A DNA stretch of 57,296 nucleotides, from the IMG/VR virus record IMGVR_UViG_3300010052_000003, positions 1 to 57,296 of that record, one strand, 5' to 3'. Made by a program: the position numbers and the translations under genes. Source of the stretch: a virus (taxonomy: Duplodnaviria; Caudoviricetes). Positions 45,100 through 53,902 of this stretch are shown piece by piece; position 1 is the stretch's first letter; every line of letters begins with the position of its first letter. The notes under the pieces are model-generated. The model was not told the origin of the DNA, ran no database searches, and saw nothing but the letters and a program-made list of their open reading frames with translations.

Positions 45100-46244
45100 T
45101 CGACGCCCCGCCAGATGTCGTTGAAGTCCTTGCCAGGCGGCGCCATAGCGAGGCTCACCGTCCGGCCTTTCTGCGACCAGCGGCATGCCGCACGCTCCGC
45201 CGTGGTCCTGGTCAGGACCGGCTCACTATCGCCGTCTCCGAGAATGATGATGTTCCTCACGCTGTCGGGCGGCACGATGGCCGGGCCCCCGAAATCCGGC
45301 TCGCTCCCGGGGATCCTGCGCGGTCGGCCCGCAGGCGTTTTCAGGACGGGATGCGCGATCGTCGCCGCAGCAGGGCCGCCGAGATTGCCAAGGTCGACCG
45401 AGGTCCAGAACGCCGCACCTTCGAGCAGCGGCGACCCGAGTTGCACCAATGCGCACCACACCGAGAGAACGGTCTCGATCCCCTCGCCGATGAACAGGCG
45501 GGTCGGCGCGGGATGCCGCACCAGCGCGATGTGCCCGCCCTTCTTCGATCCACGCACCTTCTTCGCCGGCTCAAGCTCGCCCGTCGTCGGATTGGCGACT
45601 TCGATCTTGCGGCCCGGTCGACCAGGATCCACCCACGTCGTGTGGAGCGCCGCAAATCGCCGATCCGGGCCGGTGATCGCAGCCAGCATGGCCGGCCCGC
45701 AGTGCAGCACCGGAGGTGGGCCGTCGCCCGTCCGCTCGCCGAAGAGAGGGACATCGGCAAGCGCCCTGAGGTGAGCGCCGGCCGGAACCGTGAGTCGACG
45801 AGCGGCGAGGTAGGCCTCGACGGCCGTGCCGGCGATCGGTCTGCCCTCCAGCCACAGCTTGTGGACGCGCCGGCGCTCATCTTCGCGCCAGCGCGCCGAC
45901 GCGGCCTCCTGGTCCTGCCGACGCCGGGCGTGCACGGCCTCCCGTCGACGGCGGCTCTCTTCGCTTTCCGGCTCCGTTCCACCGAGCCGCTCGACGGCCG
46001 TTCGAAAGTCGACGCCCTCGACCTTCTGCACCAGCGTGATCACGTCGCCACCGTCCTGGCACACGGCGCACATCCAGCTGCCGGTGTCGGGCCTGACTTC
46101 GAAGCGGCCGTTTCGGGTCGAACCGCCGCAGATCGGGCATGGACCGATCAGGGTTTGCCCGGCACGCCGCAGGCGCACGTAGCGCGCGGCCACCTCAGCG
46201 GTCGGATTGGCAGCCTTGAGGGCGTCGAGGTCGGCGTGCGTCAT
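45096..46244 (-). CDS. primase (zinc finger plus Toprim)
   Basis: GPCPICGG..CAVC, GEGIET, LGDGD, DFND. Confidence 0.9.
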   Translation of the reverse strand: MTHADLDALKAANPTAEVAARYVRLRRAGQTLIGPCPICGGSTRNGRFEVRPDTGSWMCAVCQDGGDVITLVQKVEGVDFRTAVERLGGTEPESEESRRRREAVHARRRQDQEAASARWREDERRRVHKLWLEGRPIAGTAVEAYLAARRLTVPAGAHLRALADVPLFGERTGDGPPPVLHCGPAMLAAITGPDRRFAALHTTWVDPGRPGRKIEVANPTTGELEPAKKVRGSKKGGHIALVRHPAPTRLFIGEGIETVLSVWCALVQLGSPLLEGAAFWTSVDLGNLGGPAAATIAHPVLKTPAGRPRRIPGSEPDFGGPAIVPPDSVRNIIILGDGDSEPVLTRTTAERAACRWSQKGRTVSLAMAPPGKDFNDIWRGVE

Positions 46245-46312
46245 TGCCGCGACCCTATTTTCGTACCGACAATAATGTTGACGAGCCGATTTATTGTCGC
46301 TACAAAAAACAC

Positions 46313-46585
46313 ATGACGATCACCTTCGATCCCGCCAAGCGCCAAGCCACCCTGGACACCCGCGGGCTCGACATGGCGAAGGCGGGAGAGGTGTTCGCCG
46401 GCGCTCACGTCACCATCGCGGACGATCGCCGCGCCTACGGCGAGCTGCGCTACATCACGGTGGGCCGCCTCGTGGGTCGGATGGTCGTCATCGTGTGGAC
46501 GCCCCGCGCGGGATCGACCCGCATCATCAGCATTAGGAAAGCCAATGACCGCGAGATTGCCCGTTACGCCCCCCGACTGGATTGA
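46313..46585 (+). CDS. brnT: BrnT toxin
   Basis: FDPAK..RGLD..YGELRY..RIISIRKAN.RE. Confidence 0.92.
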   Translation: MTITFDPAKRQATLDTRGLDMAKAGEVFAGAHVTIADDRRAYGELRYITVGRLVGRMVVIVWTPRAGSTRIISIRKANDREIARYAPRLD

Positions 46586-46796
46586 TCCGGACGACGCCCC
46601 GGACCTGTCCGAATCGCCCTGGCGGGAGAAGATGGACGCCGCACCGGTCCGGCGCGGCCGGCCGCCGGCCGAGACCCACAAGGAGCGTCTCACGATCCGG
46701 CTGGATCCCGACATCGTCGCCCGCTTCAAGGCCGATGGCCCAGGCTGGCAATCGCGCATCAACGCGGCACTGCGTGAGTGGATGGAGCAGAAGTGA
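46545..46796 (+). CDS. brnA: BrnA antitoxin
   Basis: DDAPDL, RGRPP, TIRLDPDIV..FK..GPGWQSRIN. Confidence 0.92.
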   Translation: MTARLPVTPPDWIDPDDAPDLSESPWREKMDAAPVRRGRPPAETHKERLTIRLDPDIVARFKADGPGWQSRINAALREWMEQK

Positions 46797-46815
46797 GAGA
46801 GGCCGCCGACGTTGA

Positions 46816-47124
46816 TCATGCCTCGTCGGTCTCGTCGTTGATCGCGCGCACGGCCACGCCGTTGACCAGGCCGGACACCTCGGCGCGCCGCACCAGGCAC
46901 TTCGCGATGAACGTCTCGAGGCGAGCCCAGACGATCTGCTCGCGATCGTACAGGCCGTCGGCGAGGCCTCCGTTGCGCTGGAGCTCGCGTCGCATGATGA
47001 GGCGCGCACGACGGCGCGCGCGCACCAGCGAGAGCATCTCCTCATAGGTGACCGGTGCGGCCGGCTGGGGCGCTGTCACGGGCGCAGCCCGTAGTCGCCG
47101 GGCCGCTCCAGGCGGCGCCGGCAA
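46816..47124 (-). CDS. hypothetical protein
   Basis: ORF continuing the early operon; start uncertain. Confidence 0.45.
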   Translation of the reverse strand: MPAPPGAARRLRAAPVTAPQPAAPVTYEEMLSLVRARRRARLIMRRELQRNGGLADGLYDREQIVWARLETFIAKCLVRRAEVSGLVNGVAVRAINDETDEA

Positions 47125-47717
47125 GGCGGGATCCAGTGAAACCGGACATCAGCAGTACGCGGCACAGCCGGAGAGAGGATCCAGACCAGCCAGCAATAGG
47201 CGGTCGCTGTCGTTCCATCCTGCACGAGCCGGCCGCGGTACATCGGCACCCGCTCGACGAACTGGAGGATGTCCGTCGGCGGCGTCGCCTTGAACAACTC
47301 GTGGTAGCGGCCGGCTCCCTCGAGAAAGGACGTCCGCACCAGCATCGCAACGCCCTCGTGCGCGACGGAGATCGCCTTGCTGATGAACTGGTCGGCGAGC
47401 CTGAATGGAGGGTTGGTGATCACCCAGTCCGCGCGGCGATCGGTCGGCCAAAGGAAGTCGGCAACCTCACCGGCTCCGTAGTCGTGCACGTCCGACGCAT
47501 GGACCTCCCGGAAGGCCTCGGCCAGCGCGCGCGCCATGTCACCCTGCCCGCACGCGGGCTCCCAGGCCGACGCGAGGCCAATGGGCCAGCATTGGTCGGC
47601 AAGCCAGTTGGTCAGCGCGCGGGTCGCCCAGGGCGGCGTCGGGAAGAAATCCAGCGAAGTCGGTGGTTCGACTCGACGCGCCATCACGGCCGTCGATCCG
47701 CGCGTGGCGATGGTCAT
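47076..47717 (-). CDS. DNA amino-methyltransferase
   Basis: DFFPTPPW, WEPACGQG, ITNPPF, TAYCWLVW. Confidence 0.88.
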   Translation of the reverse strand: MTIATRGSTAVMARRVEPPTSLDFFPTPPWATRALTNWLADQCWPIGLASAWEPACGQGDMARALAEAFREVHASDVHDYGAGEVADFLWPTDRRADWVITNPPFRLADQFISKAISVAHEGVAMLVRTSFLEGAGRYHELFKATPPTDILQFVERVPMYRGRLVQDGTTATAYCWLVWILSPAVPRTADVRFHWIPPCRRRLERPGDYGLRP

Positions 47718-48775
47718 CCGATCAGTCCCCGCTTGCGCAGGATCGCCCGCACGTCCTCCACGGGGACGTTGAGCTTCTGGGCGATGTTCATCGGAAGCAC
47801 GCCGTTGCGCTTCAGGCGAATGACGGCGCTGGCGAGCGGATCCGCCGACTCGGGTGGCAAAACAGGACGAGCAGCGGGTGCTGGAGCGGTCGCCGCGATC
47901 TGCCTCAGCTTCGGTAGACCGGCAAGAGCAGCGGGCGGTTCCGGCGCTTCGGGCGCTCGCAGCAGCCGTTCCAGCTTCCGCTCGAGGAGGCTGGCCAGCT
48001 TGCCAGGCAGCGTCCATCCTTGCCCTTCTGCGACGGCACGCGATGCCGCCAACAGCATGGCCTGCAGGTCGATCTTGTCGAAGGCCTCCAGCAGTTTCGG
48101 ATCGTCACGCATCCCGTGATCGGCGTCGAGCGCCTGGCACAAGGCCTTGATCGTCGCCGTCGACAGAATGCCGCGGTGATTGTTCCTGGTCCGGGTGACG
48201 CAGCTGATCGCCGCGACGAAAGTCTCGCGACCGTACTGGTTGAAGGCAGCGATGCACGCCTGGACGGCCATCGTCTGGCCCGGGCGCTGCAGATGCTTCG
48301 GGACCGGATAGGTCAGCAGCTCGAGGTCCGCGTCCTTCGCCGCGGCCGCAAGGGCGACGGCCTGCTCTTCGCCGGCGGCGAGCGACGCACGCCACAGCTG
48401 CATGGGCGACATCTTCGTGACGTTGCCGTTGATGGCCTTGAACGCGCTCGCCTGCGCCTGTCGATCGATGAGGACCACCTGGCAGGGAACGGTCTCGGCA
48501 CCGGCGAGCTTCGCGGCCGTCGCCCGATGCTGGCCATCGATGATCGAGTACAGGCCGCCCTCGACGGGAGCGACGATGACGGGGGTGAAGCACGACCAGG
48601 AGAAGTTCTCGGCGATGCGCAGCACGTTCCGTCTGCCCTGCTCCCTGATCTGCCGCTGAAACGTCTCGTCGATCACCAGGCGCTCGAGCTTGATCCACTC
48701 CAGCATGGGCGGAACGCCGCTTGAGCGCCGCTCGATCGGCTTGTAGGACTCGATCTCGAGCGGGCGCAGGCTCAT
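47714..48775 (-). CDS. ParB N-terminal-like (DUF6551) protein
   Basis: IDETFQR, IIDGQHR; C-terminal HTH. Confidence 0.8.
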   Translation of the reverse strand: MSLRPLEIESYKPIERRSSGVPPMLEWIKLERLVIDETFQRQIREQGRRNVLRIAENFSWSCFTPVIVAPVEGGLYSIIDGQHRATAAKLAGAETVPCQVVLIDRQAQASAFKAINGNVTKMSPMQLWRASLAAGEEQAVALAAAAKDADLELLTYPVPKHLQRPGQTMAVQACIAAFNQYGRETFVAAISCVTRTRNNHRGILSTATIKALCQALDADHGMRDDPKLLEAFDKIDLQAMLLAASRAVAEGQGWTLPGKLASLLERKLERLLRAPEAPEPPAALAGLPKLRQIAATAPAPAARPVLPPESADPLASAVIRLKRNGVLPMNIAQKLNVPVEDVRAILRKRGLIG

Positions 48776-48966
48776 GGCTTGGCCTCCCGGTTCGGAGACA
48801 CGAACTTCACGTCGTCCAGCGCAAGGCGCATCTGATCGAGCTTGCGGATGGCATGCTTCGCCTGGTCGACGGCAGCGTCGACATCGCGGCGCAGCCGTCT
48901 GTTCTCATCGATGAGATCGGCGACGGCGCGCTCGAGCAGATCGACTCTCGCCTCGAATTCCTTCAT
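48772..48966 (-). CDS. small coiled-coil protein
   Basis: ATGA-coupled on both sides. Confidence 0.6.
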   Translation of the reverse strand: MKEFEARVDLLERAVADLIDENRRLRRDVDAAVDQAKHAIRKLDQMRLALDDVKFVSPNREAKP

Positions 48967-49532
48967 TCCGCGGCCCTCGCGTGAACGGCCGATCGCTCCG
49001 ATCGGCGGAGGCTGGAGCGGTCGCAGACGAGGTCGTTGTGATGACCACACCACGACCGGCCAGGCACGGTCGGCGCACCGCAGTAGAGATCGCGGCCGAC
49101 GCGCGCCGGATCGCGATGCACGATCCAGCGGCACTTCCTGAAAGCGGCATCGAGCTGCGCCAGCTTCACGGGCTTGCCGGCCGGTGGCTGCTCGACAGGA
49201 GACGACGTCGGGAGGGGAGACATGGTTTGCAGAATGGACCTGGCCGCCGGTTCCTTCGGCGGCCGAGCGTCGGACAGAACCACCCCCACCTTGGTTTCGA
49301 TCTTCCGAACCGAGCGCGTCAACTCCGGGGGCGCCACCTTCGGCCGGCCTGCCCGGTGAACGACCGACACGCGCCGCTCGAGCTTCAAGCGCGCGGCCTT
49401 GCCGATCACGGCGCTCCGCGAAAGGCCGCAGTCCAGCGCGACGGCGATCTGCGCCGCGGATGCGCCAGCGGCCCACATGCGCCGCAGCATGTCGACACGA
49501 TCGTCGGTCCAGAGCGCAGACGGGTGGCTCAC
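48963..49532 (-). CDS. gcrA: GcrA cell-cycle regulator homolog
   Basis: WTDDRVDMLRRMWAAGASAAQIA..SRSAVIGKAARL; CRW..YCG..WCGHH. Confidence 0.88.
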   Translation of the reverse strand: MSHPSALWTDDRVDMLRRMWAAGASAAQIAVALDCGLSRSAVIGKAARLKLERRVSVVHRAGRPKVAPPELTRSVRKIETKVGVVLSDARPPKEPAARSILQTMSPLPTSSPVEQPPAGKPVKLAQLDAAFRKCRWIVHRDPARVGRDLYCGAPTVPGRSWCGHHNDLVCDRSSLRRSERSAVHARAAE

Positions 49533-49879
49533 CGGGCGCCCTCGTTCAGAAGGGCCTGAGCGCGCGCAAGGCACGCCTCAATCTCAGCCACCTTGACCGA
49601 GCGAGGGTCATCACCGATCGCGCGAGCCAGTTGAAGCTCATGCGTCAACCTTTCGATCTCTCGCTGCAGCTCGCGGATCATCGCGGAGCGGATGGCATCG
49701 CTGATCGCGACCGTCAGCCTCTTGGCGCGCCCTCGGGCGACGTTGGAAAGGCTGCCTGGCGCGAGTCCGATCCGGCGCGCGACGGCGCGCGCAGCACTGT
49801 CGCGGTCCAACTGGGACCTCTCGGCCTCGCGGCGGATGAGGCGTGACGCCCAGTCCTGCATCGTGGCGGCGGAACTCAT
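49529..49879 (-). CDS. HTH protein at the CII-like position
   Basis: ARAVARRIGLAPGSLSNVARGR. Confidence 0.65.
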   Translation of the reverse strand: MSSAATMQDWASRLIRREAERSQLDRDSAARAVARRIGLAPGSLSNVARGRAKRLTVAISDAIRSAMIRELQREIERLTHELQLARAIGDDPRSVKVAEIEACLARAQALLNEGAR

Positions 49880-50023
49880 GGTCGATTTATCCCTGTCGTG
49901 GGTACGCATCGTCCGGCACTCCCGTGGTTCTCATTGACCACGGGAAGCGGACGAACACAGGAGACGAGAACGTTGGACGCTACGCAGACATGGCCTCAGC
50001 CGGGTTGCAGCCCGGCGGTTGCC

Positions 50024-50082
50024 GAAAGCGGCCCGGGCCGAAGCCCGGGCCAGTGAGGGAGGAAACGCCCAAGGAAGGCGCC
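50024..50082 (-). ncRNA. suhB/alpha-r8 (MmgR-like) small RNA
   Basis: CGCCTTCCTTGGGCG hairpin, TTTCCTCCCT motif, 9-bp stem with UUCG loop. Confidence 0.65.
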
Positions 50083-50133
50083 CTTCTGGCCGGTAAGAAC
50101 CGGCCGGAAGCCAGTTGCGCCGCATGCAGTGGC

Positions 50134-50427
50134 TCACGGAGGAAGGTCCACTAGCGGCGGTACATCCGCATCCGCAGGAGATCCGAGATCGTTGCTCGGC
50201 GCCGACTCCAGTTGAACACCATCCGGCCAAGCCGCATCCGCAGGCCAGTTCTCCTGAAACCAGGCCAAGGCGCGAGCTGCACGTCTCGTGTGTAGATCAG
50301 CCCCACCCCGAAGGGCCGTAAGCTTCTTGCTGTCGCCGAAAACGCGCCACGAGACAGTCTGGGCGGAGACGCCGGCGGCGATCTCGTAGGCAGCTGCTAC
50401 ACGAAGGATTGTGTCGACCGTGATCAT
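50134..50427 (-). CDS. Cro-like protein
   Basis: TVSWRVFGDSKKL..WFQENWP..WP; divergent from the repressor. Confidence 0.75.
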   Translation of the reverse strand: MITVDTILRVAAAYEIAAGVSAQTVSWRVFGDSKKLTALRGGADLHTRRAARALAWFQENWPADAAWPDGVQLESAPSNDLGSPADADVPPLVDLPP

Positions 50428-50439
50428 CGCAGCCACGAT

Positions 50440-50511
50440 CGGTAATTTTACCTGAGCTGTCAACGGTTGTTTTACCGGATGATCCCGATCGATCCCGCGG
50501 CGAAAATACCG
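50440..50511. promoter_or_regulatory. OR operators and PR promoter
   Basis: CGGTAATTTTACCT (50440), CGGTTGTTTTACCG (50464), CGGCGAAAATACCG (50498); TTGACA on minus strand at 50458-50463. Confidence 0.8.
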
Positions 50512-50514
50512 ATT

Positions 50515-51120
50515 ATGCTAGAAGATGTTCTGCGCCGAATTGAGCAGCGCCTACGCGCGCTCAAGCTCACTGAGACCGCTGCGTCTAGGCTCGCCGGGAA
50601 GCCTGATGCGATTCGAAACATTCGCCGAGGGGTCGAAGAAGGACGCGACGGCGTATCAACGAAGACGCTTGCAGCGCTTGCGCCTGTTCTCGAAACTACC
50701 GTGAGCTGGCTTTCCGAGGGCGCGGGACCCGAACACAATCCTGCTGTAGTACCGTTGCTTGGCTATGTCGGCGCTGGAGCGGAAACGCACCTGTTTGCAG
50801 AATCACAAGGCCCCTTCGAAACAGTTCGGGCGCCCGAGAACGTGGCAAACGTAAAGGCAGCGCTGGAGATTCGAGGTGAAAGCCTCGGAGCCTTCTTCGA
50901 TCGCTGGCTCGTGTTCTACGGCGAGCGCTTCGACCCACCTGAGACCGCACTCATTGGTAGCCTTTGCGTGGTCGGCCTCGAGGATGGTCGCGTTCTAGTG
51001 AAAAAGCTAACTGCAGGACAGCAGAACGGAAAGTTCACATTACTTTCTCAGTTTGAGCCACCAATCTATGATGCAGTTGTACTATGGGCAGCGCGTGTCG
51101 TAGCCATGTCGCCACGATAG
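50515..51120 (+). CDS. CI-like repressor (HTH plus S24 peptidase)
   Basis: ASRLAG.PDAIRNIRR HTH; VGAG cleavage site, GESL serine, VKKL lysine. Confidence 0.9.
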   Translation: MLEDVLRRIEQRLRALKLTETAASRLAGKPDAIRNIRRGVEEGRDGVSTKTLAALAPVLETTVSWLSEGAGPEHNPAVVPLLGYVGAGAETHLFAESQGPFETVRAPENVANVKAALEIRGESLGAFFDRWLVFYGERFDPPETALIGSLCVVGLEDGRVLVKKLTAGQQNGKFTLLSQFEPPIYDAVVLWAARVVAMSPR

Positions 51121-51127
51121 ATGGGGT

Positions 51128-51484
51128 GTGCTGATGTTGAAATGTATGTCTGCTGTATCAGTTATGTTGATTGTCCTTCTGATTGTTTCGACTGATGCTC
51201 GGGCAGAGGATGATTATAAGACGACGCTTCGAAAGGCTTTGAGGGGGGACTACACGGCAAGACGAAACATGGCGTTCTGCTTGCGCACTGGGGATTGTGA
51301 AAACTGGCCTAGCGCAAATCAGATCGACTCTTGTGCATGGCGGATACTGATCATCGCATCGGGCCATAAAGACGTAGGATCCGGCGATGCTGCGAACCTA
51401 CGAATTGATTGCGGCCGGCTTGACGATGCGGAGAAGCTGGTAGCCGAGGCCAAAGCTCGGCGGTGGTTGAGCGGCCGCCAGTAA
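51128..51484 (+). CDS. exported Sel1-like protein (immunity-region moron)
   Basis: Signal peptide ending ARA-E; ALRGDYTARRNMAFCL, four Cys in the mature part; low GC. Confidence 0.65.
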   Translation: MLMLKCMSAVSVMLIVLLIVSTDARAEDDYKTTLRKALRGDYTARRNMAFCLRTGDCENWPSANQIDSCAWRILIIASGHKDVGSGDAANLRIDCGRLDDAEKLVAEAKARRWLSGRQ

Positions 51485-51502
51485 GCAGATAGAAGCTGCG
51501 CG

Positions 51503-51554
51503 CGGTAGAATTACCGTTTTTCTGATTGACGCGGTAATTTTACCGATCTAGCGT
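51503..51554 (+). promoter_or_regulatory. OL operators and PL promoter
   Basis: CGGTAGAATTACCG (51503), CGGTAATTTTACCG (51532); TTGACG-N17-TAGCGT. Confidence 0.82.
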
Positions 51555-51579
51555 CATCTCGTCAAAGGCGAGAGACGCT

Positions 51580-51819
51580 ATGCCTGTATGCACTTCGCAA
51601 CGATCCTCAGATCCCCAGACAAGCCCCCTCGAAGACGCTCTCGCCCGCCTCCACGCGGTGATGCACGAGAGCCGCCGCGACGACCGTGAGCTGCGGTACT
51701 GCCTGGCAAGCCGCGCAGGGTTCGTCCGCCTGTACGGCGAGCATCCCACCGATCCCGCACACGCCGCCATCCTGGTCGACCTCGACAAGCGCATCGCTCG
51801 CCTACGGAGCGCGGCATGA
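51580..51819 (+). CDS. early hypothetical protein
   Basis: First ORF after PL, ATGA-coupled to the next. Confidence 0.55.
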   Translation: MPVCTSQRSSDPQTSPLEDALARLHAVMHESRRDDRELRYCLASRAGFVRLYGEHPTDPAHAAILVDLDKRIARLRSAA

Positions 51820-52130
51820 ACCGCGCCCGCCTCCCCGCGCGCCGCGCCGCAGACACCTTCGAGGTGATGCACAACGGGGTGTCGTTTTCTGTCACCGTCG
51901 GTCGCTACGACGACGGCCGCGCTGCCGAGGTGTTCGTCGACGGCCTCAAGGTCGGGACCGACATGCGCGAGGCCGTGCGGGACGCGGCGCTCGCCGTCTC
52001 CATCGCCCTGCAGCACGGCTGCCCCCTCGAGACGCTGACCCGCGCCGTGGCGCGCGACAGCGAGGGCCGACCGCTTTCGGTTGTCGGCGCCGTGATGGAC
52101 GTGATCGGACAACTTGGGAGCGAGCGATGA
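51816..52130 (+). CDS. stand-alone TSCPD-like domain (class II RNR C-terminus)
   Basis: RLPARR, VGRYDDGRAAEVF, SIALQHG. Confidence 0.8.
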   Translation: MNRARLPARRAADTFEVMHNGVSFSVTVGRYDDGRAAEVFVDGLKVGTDMREAVRDAALAVSIALQHGCPLETLTRAVARDSEGRPLSVVGAVMDVIGQLGSER

Positions 52131-52150
52131 CGGGTGAACCCAGGTCAACG

Positions 52151-52759
52151 TCAGGAATTCGCCTTCAGCTTGGCCTCCACCTTTGCTTGCTTTGCTCTTG
52201 CGATTTCCGCCTCTGTGAAGAACTGCCTACCCGACCACTGCAAGAATTGAGCCGTAATACGTTCCCGTTTTCGAATTGCAATCAAGTCATTTGGATCGGC
52301 GGGATTGTTAAGTGCAAGATGCGCAGAATTATAGCAAATCGCATCGAGCGCGTACATTGTGGGCGGTTCGTCCGCGTATATCTTTCCCAGCTTGCGAACC
52401 AGATTCGGGATCTCGTTTTCGTTCCAATCTTTCTGGGTGCTAAGCTCGTACATCTTGGCAAGTACTTCAGCAACGCGCTTCTGAAGCCAGCGGTGCTCTT
52501 GGGCGCGCTCTCCAAATGCAAAAACCAGTTGAAGCGCACCAACGACGGCAACAGCAAAACCGATCCCGCCGGCGAGCTTCGTTCCGGCCTGAGGAGCAAA
52601 AAGAGTACCTGTCGCGGCTGCACCTCCAACGACGACCAAGAAGTCAAGAGTGCGGCGGCGGAAGTCAAGTGCGCGAGATCTTGCCTCGTGATAATGCACC
52701 GACCTCGTAGCACGCGCCATAAGACCTTTCAGTTCTTCCTCGGCGGCCGTGGTCCCCAC
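52151..52759 (-). CDS. SLATT-like two-TM protein
   Basis: RSVHYH, two TM helices, RAQEH, IYADEPP; antisense to the operon; alternative start 52720. Confidence 0.7.
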   Translation of the reverse strand: MGTTAAEEELKGLMARATRSVHYHEARSRALDFRRRTLDFLVVVGGAAATGTLFAPQAGTKLAGGIGFAVAVVGALQLVFAFGERAQEHRWLQKRVAEVLAKMYELSTQKDWNENEIPNLVRKLGKIYADEPPTMYALDAICYNSAHLALNNPADPNDLIAIRKRERITAQFLQWSGRQFFTEAEIARAKQAKVEAKLKANS

Positions 52760-52944
52760 CCCTTCTCTTCGTTGAGAGGCTTGCGGATCTCCGTCTCGCG
52801 GCGGATGTCCTCCTGGCGCTTCTGCTCCCGTTCCCGCTCCTTCCTCTCTTCCTGCTCCCGGCGACGCCGGTCCTCTTCCCTCTCCCGCTCCATATGCAGC
52901 GGCGGTCGTGTCGGCTTCGGTTTCCATTCTTCGAGCCCTTCCAT
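52729..52944 (-). CDS. small charged Glu/Arg-rich peptide
   Basis: GGAG upstream; overlaps the SLATT start. Confidence 0.55.
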   Translation of the reverse strand: MEGLEEWKPKPTRPPLHMEREREEDRRRREQEERKEREREQKRQEDIRRETEIRKPLNEEKGWGPRPPRKN

Positions 52945-53096
52945 TCGTGATCTCCAATCGGTTGTGCGGTTGGCGGTTGCGAGGCCTGTGCGAGGTCCGA
53001 CTCGCACAGGCCACTCATCTATCTGCTGCACCCTCGCCAACAACCGTCAAGCAGCAAACCAACATCCTACACCCCAAAGCTGCAGGTGATAGCCTG

Positions 53097-53399
53097 ATGT
53101 ACTCTCACTCGAGAAATGAATACGCCCGCCGCGCGCCCGACAGGTGGGCCCGCATCCGTCTCATGGCCGAGGTCATGCGCGAGATCGCCGAGGGGCCTGA
53201 GGGCGCTTGCCGCTTCGGACACCTCTACGCGGCTGGCTTCACCGACAGCGAGATCCGCGCCTACAGCGACGACGCTCGCGCGATCCTCTCGGGCCGCCCA
53301 GGCGCCGGTGCATCGCGGCCTCGCCCTGGTCGAGCCGAGGGGCAGCGCCTGGTCGCCAAGGCCAGGCGCATCCGCCGTCGCAACCGTCTCCACTCGTGA
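53097..53399 (+). CDS. hypothetical protein
   Basis: LYAAGFTDSEI motif; early operon. Confidence 0.6.
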   Translation: MYSHSRNEYARRAPDRWARIRLMAEVMREIAEGPEGACRFGHLYAAGFTDSEIRAYSDDARAILSGRPGAGASRPRPGRAEGQRLVAKARRIRRRNRLHS

Positions 53400-53415
53400 C
53401 CGAAAGGGCCTTCAG

Positions 53416-53568
53416 ATGGAAACCCTCGGCCAGTTCGTCGGGCTCCTGGTGCTGCTGTTCGTGGTCTTCTGGGCGGAGTTCTTCACGGCGGCGAGCATGG
53501 GGAAGCCCGGCTCGCAGGCCCAGCAGGAAGCCCACGAGCTCGAGCGCATGCGCCGGAGCCGCACATGA
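53416..53568 (+). CDS. small membrane protein
   Basis: Single TM; ATGA-coupled to the next. Confidence 0.5.
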   Translation: METLGQFVGLLVLLFVVFWAEFFTAASMGKPGSQAQQEAHELERMRRSRT

Positions 53569-53768
53569 CCGCCCGCGTCAGCGACGCCGTCGCCGCCATC
53601 CAGACAGAGACCGCGAAGCTCATGGCTGATCTGTCCGATCACCGGCGGGCGCTGATGCACCTGGTCGCCATATGGAACGCGCTGAACGAGGGCCGGGAGG
53701 TCGATCCCGCCGAGGCCCGGGCCGCGTGGGAAGTCGCGCGACTGCTGCTGCAGGAGGGCAGGAAGTGA
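53565..53768 (+). CDS. hypothetical protein
   Basis: Translationally coupled ORF. Confidence 0.55.
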   Translation: MTARVSDAVAAIQTETAKLMADLSDHRRALMHLVAIWNALNEGREVDPAEARAAWEVARLLLQEGRK

Positions 53769-53902
53769 TCCGCGCCCTGGCCCTACTTGCCGCCCTGGTG
53801 CTCGCCGCCTGCGCCGAGCGCCCCCGACCCATCACGGCTGCGGGCATGGAGCAGATCGCGCGCGACTGGCAGGCGATGGATCAAGAGAGGGGTGCACAAT
53901 GA
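53765..53902 (+). CDS. small lipoprotein
   Basis: Lipobox LAAC; coupled on both sides. Confidence 0.55.
   Translation: MIRALALLAALVLAACAERPRPITAAGMEQIARDWQAMDQERGAQ

Noticed and set aside
11946..48775. ParA and the ParB-like gene as a ParABS plasmid-prophage system
   Set aside because: About 35 kb apart in different transcription units (and not adjacent on the circle); the ParB-like protein is a common early-operon type
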